From: an uncultured delta proteobacterium
Lineage (GTDB): Bacteria > Desulfobacterota > Binatia > Binatales > Binataceae
Direction of reading: 5' to 3'
DNA: 64,000 nt
Assembly (NCBI GenBank): GCA_963842085.1
Contig: CAWJET010000001.1
Location: forward strand, 320,001 to 384,000
The translations under genes were made by a program, and so were the position numbers. The notes beneath the pieces are model-generated. The model saw only the letters and a list, made by a program, of their open reading frames with translations. It was not told where the DNA came from and did not search any database. Every line of letters begins with the position of its first letter. The stretch's first letter is position 1. Below, in pieces: positions 28,926-38,918 of this stretch.

Positions 28926-29537
28926 ATGAAAATCTACGAATTCACCCAGGCTCCGAATCCACGCCGCGTGCGCGTCTTTCTCGCGGAAAAAGGCATCACC
29001 AACATCCCCCTGGTGCAGGTCAACATCGCGGCCGGCGACAATCGCAAGCCCGACTTCCTGAAAATCAATCCGATGGGCGGGCTACCGGTGCTCGAACTCG
29101 ACGACGGCACCCATATCGCGGAGTCGGTTGCGATTTGCCGCTACTTCGAGGAGACCAAGCCCGAGCCGCGGCTGATGGGCGTGGACGCCAAGGACAAGGC
29201 GGTGGTCGAGATGTGGAACCGGCGGATGGAGTTCGAGATATTGTCGATGACGGCGAGCGCGTTCCGCAACACCAGCGACTTTTTCAAGGGGCGCATCCCG
29301 CAGGTCAAGGAATACGGCGAGGTTTGCCGCAACGCCGCAGTCAAACGGATGGAATGGCTCGACACGGTGCTGGCCGACCGCGAATTCATCGCGGGACCGC
29401 GCTACACGATTGCGGATATCACGGCGCTGATTGGAATTGATTTCGGGCGGACGACCGGGATCAAGATCCAGGAGAATCAGAAGAACCTCGCGCGATGGCA
29501 TCAGGCGGTGTCGAGCCGTCCAAGCGCGAAGGCGTAA
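28926..29537 (+). CDS. glutathione S-transferase family protein
   Basis: APNPRRVRVFLAEKG, NPMGGLPVL, ESVAICRY, YTIADI. Confidence 0.92.
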   Translation: MKIYEFTQAPNPRRVRVFLAEKGITNIPLVQVNIAAGDNRKPDFLKINPMGGLPVLELDDGTHIAESVAICRYFEETKPEPRLMGVDAKDKAVVEMWNRRMEFEILSMTASAFRNTSDFFKGRIPQVKEYGEVCRNAAVKRMEWLDTVLADREFIAGPRYTIADITALIGIDFGRTTGIKIQENQKNLARWHQAVSSRPSAKA

Positions 29538-29596
29538 GGTTGGGACCGCTTCGCGATTTCAGAACCGGTACCGGCTTCGCTGGCGCGAAGCTGTCC

Positions 29597-29644
29597 GAGA
29601 TCCTTCCATCCGCTCGCGTTGCTCGCTTCGGTCAGGATGACGGG
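29597..29644 (-). repeat. GTCAT-type REP-like repeat between convergent genes
   Basis: Minus strand CCCGTCATCCTGACCGAAGCGAGCAACGCGAGCGGATGGAAGGATCTC. Confidence 0.75.
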
Positions 29645-29666
29645 TACTGCCGGCAGTGTTGACCGT

Positions 29667-30137
29667 TCAGCGCGAGACCGACGTCGCGACAGCGATCGCC
29701 GGCAGCGAATATATCGGCGTGTACATCTGGTAGCACATCAGGTAAACGATCACGCCGGTAACCGACACGTACATCCAGAGCGGCCAGGTCCATCGCGCGA
29801 TTCGCCGATGACGGCGGAAGCTGCCGCGGAGCGCGAACACGATAGTCGCGATCGCGAGCGGCACGATCACGCCGGCCAGAATTACGTGCGGAATCAGAAT
29901 CGCGAAGTACAGCGAACGGACCCATCCTTGGCCGCTGAAGCGCACGTTGCCGACGTTGTAGTGATAGACGAGATACGAGGTCAGGAAGACGGCGGAAAAG
30001 CCCACCGCGCTGAGCATGCATGCGCGATGCGCCCGCACCCAGCCATTTTTTATGAAGATGAATCCCGCCAGCAGCAGGACGGTGGCGCATCCGTTGAGGA
30101 TTGCGTTGAGTGGCGCCAGCGAATGATAGGCATCCAA
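29667..30137 (-). CDS. DUF420 membrane protein (oxidase assembly associated)
   Basis: LNAILN, HRACM, FLTSYLVYH, HRRIARWTWPLWMYVSVTGVIVY. Confidence 0.9.
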   Translation of the reverse strand: MDAYHSLAPLNAILNGCATVLLLAGFIFIKNGWVRAHRACMLSAVGFSAVFLTSYLVYHYNVGNVRFSGQGWVRSLYFAILIPHVILAGVIVPLAIATIVFALRGSFRRHRRIARWTWPLWMYVSVTGVIVYLMCYQMYTPIYSLPAIAVATSVSR

Positions 30138-30152
30138 CAGATTGCCAAGCGC

Positions 30153-30560
30153 TCAAAGCTGCGGAATCGGAGCCTGCGCTGGAGCGGGCGGCGCGACCGG
30201 ATTCGCACCCATCTCGGCGGGGTTCGTCACCTTGATCTTGTGATCGTACCTAGTCCACATGCGCGTCGTCAGATCGGGCAGCAGCATGAAGCACAGAAAG
30301 GTGACGAGTAGCACCGGGGTTAGTGCGATGATCGCCAGCGCGCGGCGCTCCATCGCCAGATGCATGAAGTACATCGCCACCAGCACGGCCTTGGCCCACG
30401 CCAGCGCAACGAGCAGGCCGACCTTGGGGATTTGCGGGAGACCCATGGCGTAGACGCCCAGCTCGATCGCGGTCAGGATCGCCAGGTAAATGAAGACCGC
30501 GATGTAATTCGGCGCGCTATGTTCGGCTTGGTGTCCTGCTATCGCAGCTTGGGTCGTCAT
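30153..30560 (-). CDS. cytochrome c oxidase subunit IV
   Basis: YIAVFIYLAILTAIE...KAVLVAMYFMHL. Confidence 0.85.
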   Translation of the reverse strand: MTTQAAIAGHQAEHSAPNYIAVFIYLAILTAIELGVYAMGLPQIPKVGLLVALAWAKAVLVAMYFMHLAMERRALAIIALTPVLLVTFLCFMLLPDLTTRMWTRYDHKIKVTNPAEMGANPVAPPAPAQAPIPQL

Positions 30561-30605
30561 GTTTGAATCTCGTCTCCAGCCCGTGGTCGTTGAAAAAGCT
30601 GCCGC

Positions 30606-31238
30606 CTAAATCAGGTAGATGAAGGTGAAGATCAGGATCCAGACCAGGTCGACGAAGTGCCAGTACAGCCCCGCGATCTCGACCAGCCCGGCCTTGGCCT
30701 GCGGTATCTTGCCCATCATGCCGCGAATCAGCAGCACGCTGTTGTACACCACGCCGCCGAAAACGTGACAGCCGTGGAAGCCGGTCAGGATGAAGAAGGT
30801 CGCGTCGAACAGGTCGCGCCTGATCGACATCCCTTTTTCCGTGAGCAGGTGATGCCACTCGAACGCCTGCATGCCAAGGAACAGGAGGCCGCCGAGAACG
30901 GTCAGCGCCATGAAGGTCTGGAACTTGGACTGGTTGCCGTGCTGGACGCCGTCGAGCGACTCGACCATCGTGACGCTCGAGCAGATCAGGATGAAGGTCA
31001 TGATGGCGGTGGTGGTGATGCCGAGGTAGTCGGCGGGCGTGGGCCAGTTGGGATTGTTGATGCGCAGCGCGCCGTAGGCAGCGATGCCGGCGCCGAAGGT
31101 CATCGCGTCGCCGGCCAGGAACGTCCACATCCCGAGCTTGCCGAGATTACCCGGGGTAAGCGACGGTTCCAGCTGATCGGCATGCACCGCGTCGTGATCG
31201 TGGGTCTCTACTGCAGCAGCCTCGCTCATCGGGACCAT
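30606..31238 (-). CDS. ctaE: heme-copper oxidase subunit III (copy 2)
   Basis: KLGMWTFL, TGFHGCHV, YWHFVDLVW. Confidence 0.88.
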   Translation of the reverse strand: MVPMSEAAAVETHDHDAVHADQLEPSLTPGNLGKLGMWTFLAGDAMTFGAGIAAYGALRINNPNWPTPADYLGITTTAIMTFILICSSVTMVESLDGVQHGNQSKFQTFMALTVLGGLLFLGMQAFEWHHLLTEKGMSIRRDLFDATFFILTGFHGCHVFGGVVYNSVLLIRGMMGKIPQAKAGLVEIAGLYWHFVDLVWILIFTFIYLI

Positions 31239-31297
31239 CCTTTTCGGGGCAAATGGCTATAGCCAGTCTTCATTTGAAATGACTACCTCGTCACAGA

Positions 31298-31564
31298 TCA
31301 GCGCTTGGTGACCGCGGGCGGAGTGGCGTCTCGATCGTGGCGGACAGAGCGGCGGTAGGCGAAGTAAGTAATCCCGCCGATTGCGGCAAAGGCAGCGTAG
31401 GGGGAAGACAGCATGAACAGCACGCTGGCCCTGTAGGCGTGGGCCGCGTGACTGTCGTCCGACAGCCCGCACGTCGCGCACGCGTTCGCGAGCCGCGGGG
31501 CCGCCGCAACGATCGCAGTCACAATAGTCATTGCGGCTGCCTTGAGCTTTGCACCTTTACTCAT
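31298..31564 (-). CDS. small exported/membrane CxxC protein in the cox operon
   Basis: Signal peptide, then ACATCG, His-rich linker and one TM. Confidence 0.7.
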   Translation of the reverse strand: MSKGAKLKAAAMTIVTAIVAAAPRLANACATCGLSDDSHAAHAYRASVLFMLSSPYAAFAAIGGITYFAYRRSVRHDRDATPPAVTKR

Positions 31565-31587
31565 CAGTTTCTCCCCGCAGGCGAACA

Positions 31588-32247
31588 CTACATTAGATAT
31601 ACCAGGCCAAACAGGAGCGGCCAGATCGCGCAGACGAAATACCAGTACACGGCGCATAGCTCAACGCCGTGGGCGTTGCGAGCGTTGTATCTGCCGCTCT
31701 GCGCAAGCATCGCCACGCACGCGAGCCAAATGACCCCGGCGGTCACGTGCGCGCCGTGGCATCCGATCAAGACATAAAAGGTGCCACCGTACGTGCCGCT
31801 GGAGAGCTTGAGGCCGTGCGCGACCAATCGCACCCATTCGCTGCCCTGCACGGCGAGAAACGTCACGCCGAGCACCAGCGTCGCCAGCAGATAACGGCGC
31901 ATCAGGCGTTGGCGGCTGCGATGGACCGCACGCAGCGCGAGCGTCATCGTGACGGCGCTCGATAGCAGGACGAAGGTGTTCACCCAGGTGACTTCAATCG
32001 GCAGGCGCGGCAGGGCCGGCGGCGGCCAGAAGGCGGCTTGCAGGCGAAAGATCAGGAACGAGCCGATGAGTCCGCTGAACAGCATCATCTCCGACGCGAT
32101 CAGCATCAGTATCGCGATCATCCCGCTGCTGATGAAGGGACGCTCGACCTGATCGCCGCCCGCGCCCGAGTCGGTCGCGCGGCCGCGCCGGATCGGCGCC
32201 ACGAACGGGCGTACTTTCGCAGCCGACAATGTCATGCCGGGCGCCAT
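31588..32247 (-). CDS. heme-copper oxidase subunit III (copy 1)
   Basis: IASEMMLF, NTFVLLSS, GCHGAHV, YWYFV. Confidence 0.85.
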   Translation of the reverse strand: MAPGMTLSAAKVRPFVAPIRRGRATDSGAGGDQVERPFISSGMIAILMLIASEMMLFSGLIGSFLIFRLQAAFWPPPALPRLPIEVTWVNTFVLLSSAVTMTLALRAVHRSRQRLMRRYLLATLVLGVTFLAVQGSEWVRLVAHGLKLSSGTYGGTFYVLIGCHGAHVTAGVIWLACVAMLAQSGRYNARNAHGVELCAVYWYFVCAIWPLLFGLVYLM

Positions 32248-32248
32248 A

Positions 32249-32371
32249 TCAATGTTTCACCAGAATCGTCACGACCGAGATCGTCACCAACAGCACCATC
32301 ACGCCGATTAGTATCTTCAGCGTCCGCCAGTTTTCCTCTTTGCGCTCTTCGCGCGTCACCAGAGTACTCAT
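32249..32371 (-). CDS. 40-aa single-TM protein
   Basis: Below ORF-track cutoff: MSTLVTREERKEENWRTLKILIGVMVLLVTISVVTILVKH; fills the gap between cyoE and subunit III exactly. Confidence 0.7.
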   Translation of the reverse strand: MSTLVTREERKEENWRTLKILIGVMVLLVTISVVTILVKH

Positions 32372-32379
32372 TCCAATAC

Positions 32380-33285
32380 TCACAGGCGATCCAGAACGAG
32401 TACTAACAACACAATCGGCAAATAAACCAGCGACGCGAGCAGCAAGCGGCGCGCCGACCTGGCATTACCGGGCGAACGGACCATCACGAATCCGAACGTC
32501 AACATGCCGACGCCCAGCGCCGATGCGATTACCATGTAGGGGATTCCGGCGAAGCCAAGCAGCGTCGGGACGATCCCCACGGCGACGAGTCCGAGGCTTG
32601 CCGCAATCACGACCGGGTTCGAAGCATTGCCGCCACGCGAATTGTCCTGCGGAAGCAGATGGATGCCGGCGCGCGCGTAGTCGGTGCGATAGAGCCGCGC
32701 AACCGCAAAGGTATGGGGCAACTGCCAGAGGAACATGATCGCAAACAGGATCATGGGTTCCCGGCCGAGGCCGGCGCGCGCCGCGGCCCATCCCGCCACC
32801 GGAGGCAGCGCACCGGGGACCGCGCCGACGACGTTGCACATCCAGGTGTAGCGCTTGAGCGGGGTGTACACGCCGAGATAGACGATCGCGATGGCGGCGG
32901 TCACCGCGGCGCACAGCAGGTTCGTGGCGAGCGCCAGGTAAACCATGCCGGCGGCCGTCGCGCTGACGCCGAATACGAGGGCTTCGGCTGGGCGCATCCG
33001 CAGGTCAGGCAGCGGACGATGACGCGTGCGATTCATCATCGCGTCGGTGTCGCGCTCGACGTACTCATTGAGCGCGAGCGTCCCGCCGGCCGCCAACGCA
33101 GTGCCCGCCAGCAGATTCAAGGCGAGCGTCAGGTCGAATCCCGCGCGCCCACCGAGATAGAAACCGGCGAGAGTCGTGACCAGCACCATCAGAACGACAC
33201 GCGGCTTGGTCAGTTCGAAATAATCGCTCACGCGGCCGTGCGGCAGAGTAAGCGCGGACTCAGCGGTCGCCACCTTGACGCTCAT
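32380..33285 (-). CDS. cyoE: protoheme IX farnesyltransferase (heme o synthase)
   Basis: LTKPRV, ERDTDAMMNRTRHRPLP, YTPLKR, WQLPH; start MSVKV at the ATGA overlap. Confidence 0.93.
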   Translation of the reverse strand: MSVKVATAESALTLPHGRVSDYFELTKPRVVLMVLVTTLAGFYLGGRAGFDLTLALNLLAGTALAAGGTLALNEYVERDTDAMMNRTRHRPLPDLRMRPAEALVFGVSATAAGMVYLALATNLLCAAVTAAIAIVYLGVYTPLKRYTWMCNVVGAVPGALPPVAGWAAARAGLGREPMILFAIMFLWQLPHTFAVARLYRTDYARAGIHLLPQDNSRGGNASNPVVIAASLGLVAVGIVPTLLGFAGIPYMVIASALGVGMLTFGFVMVRSPGNARSARRLLLASLVYLPIVLLVLVLDRL

Positions 33286-34271
33286 GCAGTCACCTGCCGT
33301 TTGAGCACGCGCGAACTCGCGTGCGACTCGAGCGCATGCGTGCGATTCGCCACGCCGAGAATGCGATACGCGCGGAGCGTCAACGCCAGGCTGGTCGCCA
33401 AAACGCCGGCGCCGACCGCGACGTGGCTGGTGGTGGGGAGCACCGCACGGCCGCTCCAGATCGTGATCGCGCCGAGACAAATCTGGACGATCAGCAGCAG
33501 GAACAGGCCGAGCGCGGGGCGGCGAAGCGCGCCGACCTCGCGATGCGTCCTCAGCACGCGAATGACAGTCCACAAAACCATCGCCGTCACGACCGCGGCG
33601 CCGCATCGATGCGCAAAATTAATCGCGATGAACTCGTTCCAATAGGGCGGCACCAGGTGGCCGAACGAAAGCGGGAAATCGGGGATCACCAGCCCGGCGC
33701 TCATGTGACGCATCACCGCGCCGACGAGAATCTGCGTATAGATGACGGCGGTGGTCGCGGCGGCAAGCGCAGGCAGCGGGAATCGCGACGGCGGCTCGTC
33801 GACGTGCGGGGTCGCGTCCCAGCGCGGATTGGTGAAGATGGCGATCGACACCATCAGGCAGAACAGCGCCTGCGCCGTGGCGGCGTGCGCCACCGCGATC
33901 GCGAGCGGCAATTCGAACAGCACCGTGATCCCGCCGAGAATTGCCTGGACGATGATTAGTCCGAAGGCCAGCATGACGAGCTGGCGGACCCATCGCCGCG
34001 GCTCGGCGCGCCACGCCCACGCCATCAGCACCAGAGTGAGAACGACGACGGTGCCGGCAGCGAGGCGATGGCCAAATTCAAAACGGATGCCGCCCTGCCA
34101 CGCCGGAATGAGTTTGCCGAACGCCAGCGGCCAGTCGGGGACGGCAAGCGCGGACCCGGTCGAAGTGACGAGTCCGCCGACGAAGATGAGGCAGAAGGTG
34201 GCGCCTGCGGTCAGCACCGCAAAGCGATGCAGTCCGCGCGCCTTCTCACCCTCAATTGGCGACTGATTCAT
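33282..34271 (-). CDS. ctaA: heme A synthase, COX15/CtaA family
   Basis: GGLVTSTGSALAVPDWP, EFGHR, two-fold His pattern. Confidence 0.88.
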   Translation of the reverse strand: MNQSPIEGEKARGLHRFAVLTAGATFCLIFVGGLVTSTGSALAVPDWPLAFGKLIPAWQGGIRFEFGHRLAAGTVVVLTLVLMAWAWRAEPRRWVRQLVMLAFGLIIVQAILGGITVLFELPLAIAVAHAATAQALFCLMVSIAIFTNPRWDATPHVDEPPSRFPLPALAAATTAVIYTQILVGAVMRHMSAGLVIPDFPLSFGHLVPPYWNEFIAINFAHRCGAAVVTAMVLWTVIRVLRTHREVGALRRPALGLFLLLIVQICLGAITIWSGRAVLPTTSHVAVGAGVLATSLALTLRAYRILGVANRTHALESHASSRVLKRQVTA

Positions 34272-34289
34272 CACTGGCTATTGGACTGA

Positions 34290-36044
34290 CTAATCCGCCG
34301 CGGCCGTTGAGTGTTCGATCGACAGCGATTGCGGCAGAAAATCCTCCGCAACCTCGGGCGAGCTGTACTCGTACGGTCCACGGTAAACGACCGGCACCGT
34401 CCCGGGCCAGTTGCCGTGCGGCGGCGGCGAGGGTGTCGTCCACTCCAGGGTATTCGAATTCCACGGATTCTCGGTGGCCTTCGCGCCCTTGAAATAGCTC
34501 CAGACCATATTCGCCAGGAGCAGGAACTGCGCGGTGCCGAGCACGAACGCGCTGATCGAAATAAAATAGTTGATCGGGATGATCGGCTTCAAGAAATCGT
34601 ACTGCTGCGGATTGTAAATCCGGCGCATGTGCCCGGCCATGCCGAGGATGTGCATCGGGAAGAAGGTGCAGTTGAACGCCACGAACGTGATCCAGAAGTG
34701 AATCTTGCCGAGCGTCTCGTTCATCATGCGGCCGAACATCTTGGGATACCAATAGGTAATCCCTGCGAATACGCCGAACAGGCTGCCGCCGAACAGTACG
34801 TAGTGAATATGGGCGACGATGAAGTAGGTATCGTGGATGTACATATCCACCGGCGTACACGCCATCCAGATTCCCGACAGTCCGCCGATCACGAACATCG
34901 CGACGAACGCCAGCGCGTTCATCATCGCCGCCGTGTAATGGATGTTGCCCTTGTAGAGCGTGCCGAGCCAGTTGAAGGTCTTAATCGCCGACGGCACTCC
35001 GATGATCATCGTGGTGATCATGAAACCGCCGCCCAGCACCGGATCCATCCCCGACACGAACATGTGGTGGCCCCACACGACCCATGACAGGAACGCGATC
35101 GCGATCATCGCGTAGGCCATCGCGCGGTATCCGAATATCGGCTTGCGCGAAAAGGTCGAGATGACGTCGGAGGAGATCCCCATCGCGGGCAGGATCATGA
35201 TGTAGACCTCGGGATGGCCGAAAAACCAGAACAGATGCTGCCATAGCAGCGGCTCGCCGCCGCCAGCGGGCAGAAAGAAATGGGTGCCGCCCATGCGATC
35301 GAAGAGCAGCAGCGCCAGCGCGGTGGTCAGCACCGGCAGCGCGAGCAGCAGCAGAATCGCCGTGATGAACAGCGACCAGATGACCAGCGGCAAGCGGAAG
35401 AAGTACATGCCCTTGGTGCGCATGTTGATGATCGTCGTGATGTAGTTGATCGAGCCCATCAGCGACGACGCGCCGAGCACGATGATGCTCATGCACCACA
35501 AGTCCTGGCCCCAATAGACGCCGCTGTAAATCGGCACCGCGCTCAGCGGAGCGTACGAAGTCCAGCCGGCCGCCGCCGGACCGCCGGTGACGAAGAACGA
35601 GGACAGCATGAGCACGCCAGCGACCGCGCCGACCCAGAACGACAGCATGTTCAGCTTGGGGAACGCCATGTCACGCGCGCCGATCATCAACGGGATGAGG
35701 AAGTTGCCGAAGCATCCGACCAGAATCGGCATCACCACGAAGAAGATCATGATGGTGGCGTGCATCGTCAATATCGAGTTGTAGGTGTTGGGCAGAATCG
35801 CGTTGTCGCTCTGGATCGAGGATGGGAAGATGCTGAGGAAACTCCACTGCTGGTCCGGCCACGCGAGATCCAGCCGCATCAGCATCGCCATCAGGCCGCC
35901 GATCGACATCATGAACAGCGCCATGAAGAGGAACTGCCGCCCGATCATCTTGTGATCCGTGGAAAAGATATATGTGCGCCAAAAGCCGAGCGCATGATGC
36001 TCGGCGTGAGCGCCGTGCGCCGCAACCGCTGCCGTACTACTCAT
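34290..36044 (-). CDS. ctaD: cytochrome c oxidase subunit I, A1 type
   Basis: FGHPEVY, WGHH, HDTYFIVAHIH. Confidence 0.96.
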   Translation of the reverse strand: MSSTAAVAAHGAHAEHHALGFWRTYIFSTDHKMIGRQFLFMALFMMSIGGLMAMLMRLDLAWPDQQWSFLSIFPSSIQSDNAILPNTYNSILTMHATIMIFFVVMPILVGCFGNFLIPLMIGARDMAFPKLNMLSFWVGAVAGVLMLSSFFVTGGPAAAGWTSYAPLSAVPIYSGVYWGQDLWCMSIIVLGASSLMGSINYITTIINMRTKGMYFFRLPLVIWSLFITAILLLLALPVLTTALALLLFDRMGGTHFFLPAGGGEPLLWQHLFWFFGHPEVYIMILPAMGISSDVISTFSRKPIFGYRAMAYAMIAIAFLSWVVWGHHMFVSGMDPVLGGGFMITTMIIGVPSAIKTFNWLGTLYKGNIHYTAAMMNALAFVAMFVIGGLSGIWMACTPVDMYIHDTYFIVAHIHYVLFGGSLFGVFAGITYWYPKMFGRMMNETLGKIHFWITFVAFNCTFFPMHILGMAGHMRRIYNPQQYDFLKPIIPINYFISISAFVLGTAQFLLLANMVWSYFKGAKATENPWNSNTLEWTTPSPPPHGNWPGTVPVVYRGPYEYSSPEVAEDFLPQSLSIEHSTAAAD

Positions 36045-36092
36045 CTTCGACTAGCTCCTCCGCGCGACGTGGCCGGCGAGTGCGGGCTTTTA

Positions 36093-36761
36093 CTACTTGT
36101 TCTGCGAGTACTGGTCTTTGAGCCACTTGTCAAAATCCTCTTGCGACTGGACCGTCAGATTGCCCTTCATCCCCGAATGCCCGAAGCCGCACAGCTGCGA
36201 GCACGGAATCTCGTATTGCCCGGTTTCGGTCGCTTCGAACCAGACATGGATGATGCGGCCGGGGACCGCGTCCTGCCTGAGACGCATGTTGGGGACGTAA
36301 AAGCTGTGGATGACGTCTTTCGAGGTCAGATCGATTCGCACGACCTTGTTCACCGGCACGTGCAACTCGTTCTCGATCGTGAGGTCGTCCTTGGTGCCGA
36401 ATTTGCCGTCAGGTCCCGGATAGGTGATTTCCCAATTGAACTGTTTTCCAGTCACCTGGTAGAACACGTCGCCCGGAGGCCCATGCTCCTTGATATCGGC
36501 CCACGTCGAGCGGCTCATCAGCGCCAGGACAATCAGAATCACCGCCGTCACGGTGGTCCATATGATCTCGAGACGCGAATTGCCTTCGATATACTCCGCC
36601 TTGCGGCCGGGCCGGGTCCGATAGCGAATCAGGAAGACCACCATCGTGACCATCACCGCGACCCAAACGACCAGCACGATCCAGAAGATCAGCTCGAAGA
36701 GGAAATCGATCTGCGGACCGAAGGTCGAGATGTCGTGCGGAAAGTACATGTGCTCGAGCAT
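36093..36761 (-). CDS. ctaC: cytochrome c oxidase subunit II (CuA, no fused cytochrome c)
   Basis: LEIIWT, DVIHSF, CSQLCGFGHSGM. Confidence 0.94.
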   Translation of the reverse strand: MLEHMYFPHDISTFGPQIDFLFELIFWIVLVVWVAVMVTMVVFLIRYRTRPGRKAEYIEGNSRLEIIWTTVTAVILIVLALMSRSTWADIKEHGPPGDVFYQVTGKQFNWEITYPGPDGKFGTKDDLTIENELHVPVNKVVRIDLTSKDVIHSFYVPNMRLRQDAVPGRIIHVWFEATETGQYEIPCSQLCGFGHSGMKGNLTVQSQEDFDKWLKDQYSQNK

Positions 36762-37102
36762 CGAAGCGTCACCTCTGCGCTAGCAACGGGTAAAAGCGGG
36801 ACGAGCGTTCGCCGCGCCGAACAAGACGGCTGATGCAACGTTCCGACAACTTCCGATTCATGAATTGGGTGCGATTATGCCTGTCAGCGCGCCGACTAGT
36901 GAAATGAAAAATCCTGATTCCCAACCGCAACGCCCGTTATTCACCGCCGTCATGACGCTCACATTTCGCGTGCGATTTCAAGCGCTTCGGGGTCGAAGGA
37001 TGGCACGACCGGTGCGCAAGGCAATCCGGCGTTGGCGCGCGATTGGCGGCAACGAGTGTTTGGGTTAGAACCAGCGGAAGGAAGAGGAGGTCTCGATTTT
37101 TT

Positions 37103-38890
37103 ATGCCTGAGCGGGTGGCGACCCTTTCCCAATCCTTCGAGAGGCAGGCGCAGAAGTACGGTGCGCGCGCTTTCCTGAAAGACAAGCGCGACAAAGTCTG
37201 GACGGACCACTCGTGGACCGAAGTTTCCGAGGCCGCGGGGAAGCTGCGCGCCGGCCTGCTTGGCCTCGGCGCGCGTCCCGGCGATCGCGTCGCCATCCTG
37301 TCCGACAATTGCCCCGAATGGATCGTCGTCGATCAGGCCGTGCTCGGGCTCGGCGCGATCGTCGTACCGCTCTACACCACCAGCGGACTCGAGGAGACCG
37401 CCCACGTCATCAATGACTCAGGAGCGAAGGTCATCGCGGCCAACGGACCCGAGATGGTCAGGAAAATTCTCGGCCTCGGCGGCTCGATTCCAGGCCTCAC
37501 GGCAATTGTCGCGATGCATTCCGGCGCGGAATCCGCACCCGCCGCCGATGGAACGCCCGCCGTCATGACGGCGGCGTCGATAAGCGCCGAGACCCCGGCG
37601 GCGATCGTCGAGGGCAGCAGCGACGACCTCGCGACGATCATCTACACCTCAGGCACCACGGGCACGTCGAAGGGCGTGATGCTCTCGCACGGCAACATCC
37701 TGGCCAACGCCGAGGACTCGCTCGCCGCACTTGCGCTCAACGACACCGACATGACGCTGTCGCATCTGCCGATCGCACACTCGTTCGAGCGGACCGCGGG
37801 CTATTACACCGTGGCGATGGCGGGAGGGACGATCGCGTTTGCCGAGAGCCTGGGGCAGATCGCCTCGAACCTGACCGAGGTCCAACCGACGGTAGTGCTG
37901 ACGGTGCCGCGCCTGCTCGAAGTGATTCACAGCCGCGTGATGCGCACGGTCGAGGCCTCGCCGCCGATGCGCCAGCGGCTGTTCAAAATCGCGCTCAGAG
38001 CAGGCGAGCAAGCGGCCGAATATCGGCATCGCGGGAAGCCGGTTCCGCCGCTGCTGGCACTCTCGATGGCGCTGTTCCGGCGGCTGGTGTTCGCGCGAGT
38101 GCGCGCAATTTTCGGAAATCGAATCCGCTACCTGATTTCCGGCGGCGCGCCGCTGCCGACCGAGATCAACCGCTTCCTGTCCGCCGCCGAAGTACCAATC
38201 GTCGAGGGCTATGGGCTGACTGAGGCGGCTCCCGTCGTCGCGTGCAATCTGCACAACGGCAAGACCCGAATCGGCACGGTGGGACTGCCGTTGGCGCGCA
38301 TCCAGGTCGAGACCGCCGCCGACGGCGAGTTGCTGCTGCGCGGGCCAAACATCATGAAGGGCTACTACAAGCTCGAGGCCGAAACGAAAGAAGCGATCGA
38401 TGAAAACGGATGGCTGCACACCGGCGACATCGCGAAGATCGACGTCGAGGGCTACATCTCGATCACCGACCGCAAAAAGGAAATCATCGTGCTGTCGGGC
38501 GGCAAGAATATCTCGCCCGCCTACGTCGAGAGCAAGCTCACCGGCGACAAGTTCATCTCACAGGCCTGCGTGATCGGCGACCGCCGCAAGCATCTGGCGG
38601 CGCTGGTAGTGCCGGACTACGAAAACCTCGTGGATTTTCTCAATGAGAACAAGCTCGACCCGAAGAAGCCCGACGAGATTGCCAAGTCTGCGGCGCTGAA
38701 AACCTTCCTCCACGGCAGGATTCGCGAGATCAACAAGAACCTGTCCGACGTAGAAGCGATCGCCGCGTTCACGATCATCGCGCAACCATTCACGCAGGAA
38801 AATGGCGAGCTGACCCCCTCGCTAAAAGTGCGCCGCAAAGTGGTTCAAGCGCACTTCAAGGATCAGATCGATTCGATGTACGGCGATTGA
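37103..38890 (+). CDS. fadD: long-chain fatty acid--CoA ligase
   Basis: YTSGTTGTSKG, EGYGLTE, TGD, DRKKE, ELTPSLK. Confidence 0.88.
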   Translation: MPERVATLSQSFERQAQKYGARAFLKDKRDKVWTDHSWTEVSEAAGKLRAGLLGLGARPGDRVAILSDNCPEWIVVDQAVLGLGAIVVPLYTTSGLEETAHVINDSGAKVIAANGPEMVRKILGLGGSIPGLTAIVAMHSGAESAPAADGTPAVMTAASISAETPAAIVEGSSDDLATIIYTSGTTGTSKGVMLSHGNILANAEDSLAALALNDTDMTLSHLPIAHSFERTAGYYTVAMAGGTIAFAESLGQIASNLTEVQPTVVLTVPRLLEVIHSRVMRTVEASPPMRQRLFKIALRAGEQAAEYRHRGKPVPPLLALSMALFRRLVFARVRAIFGNRIRYLISGGAPLPTEINRFLSAAEVPIVEGYGLTEAAPVVACNLHNGKTRIGTVGLPLARIQVETAADGELLLRGPNIMKGYYKLEAETKEAIDENGWLHTGDIAKIDVEGYISITDRKKEIIVLSGGKNISPAYVESKLTGDKFISQACVIGDRRKHLAALVVPDYENLVDFLNENKLDPKKPDEIAKSAALKTFLHGRIREINKNLSDVEAIAAFTIIAQPFTQENGELTPSLKVRRKVVQAHFKDQIDSMYGD

Positions 38891-38918
38891 GGGTCTTTAT
38901 TTCCATCTGCGGTAAACA

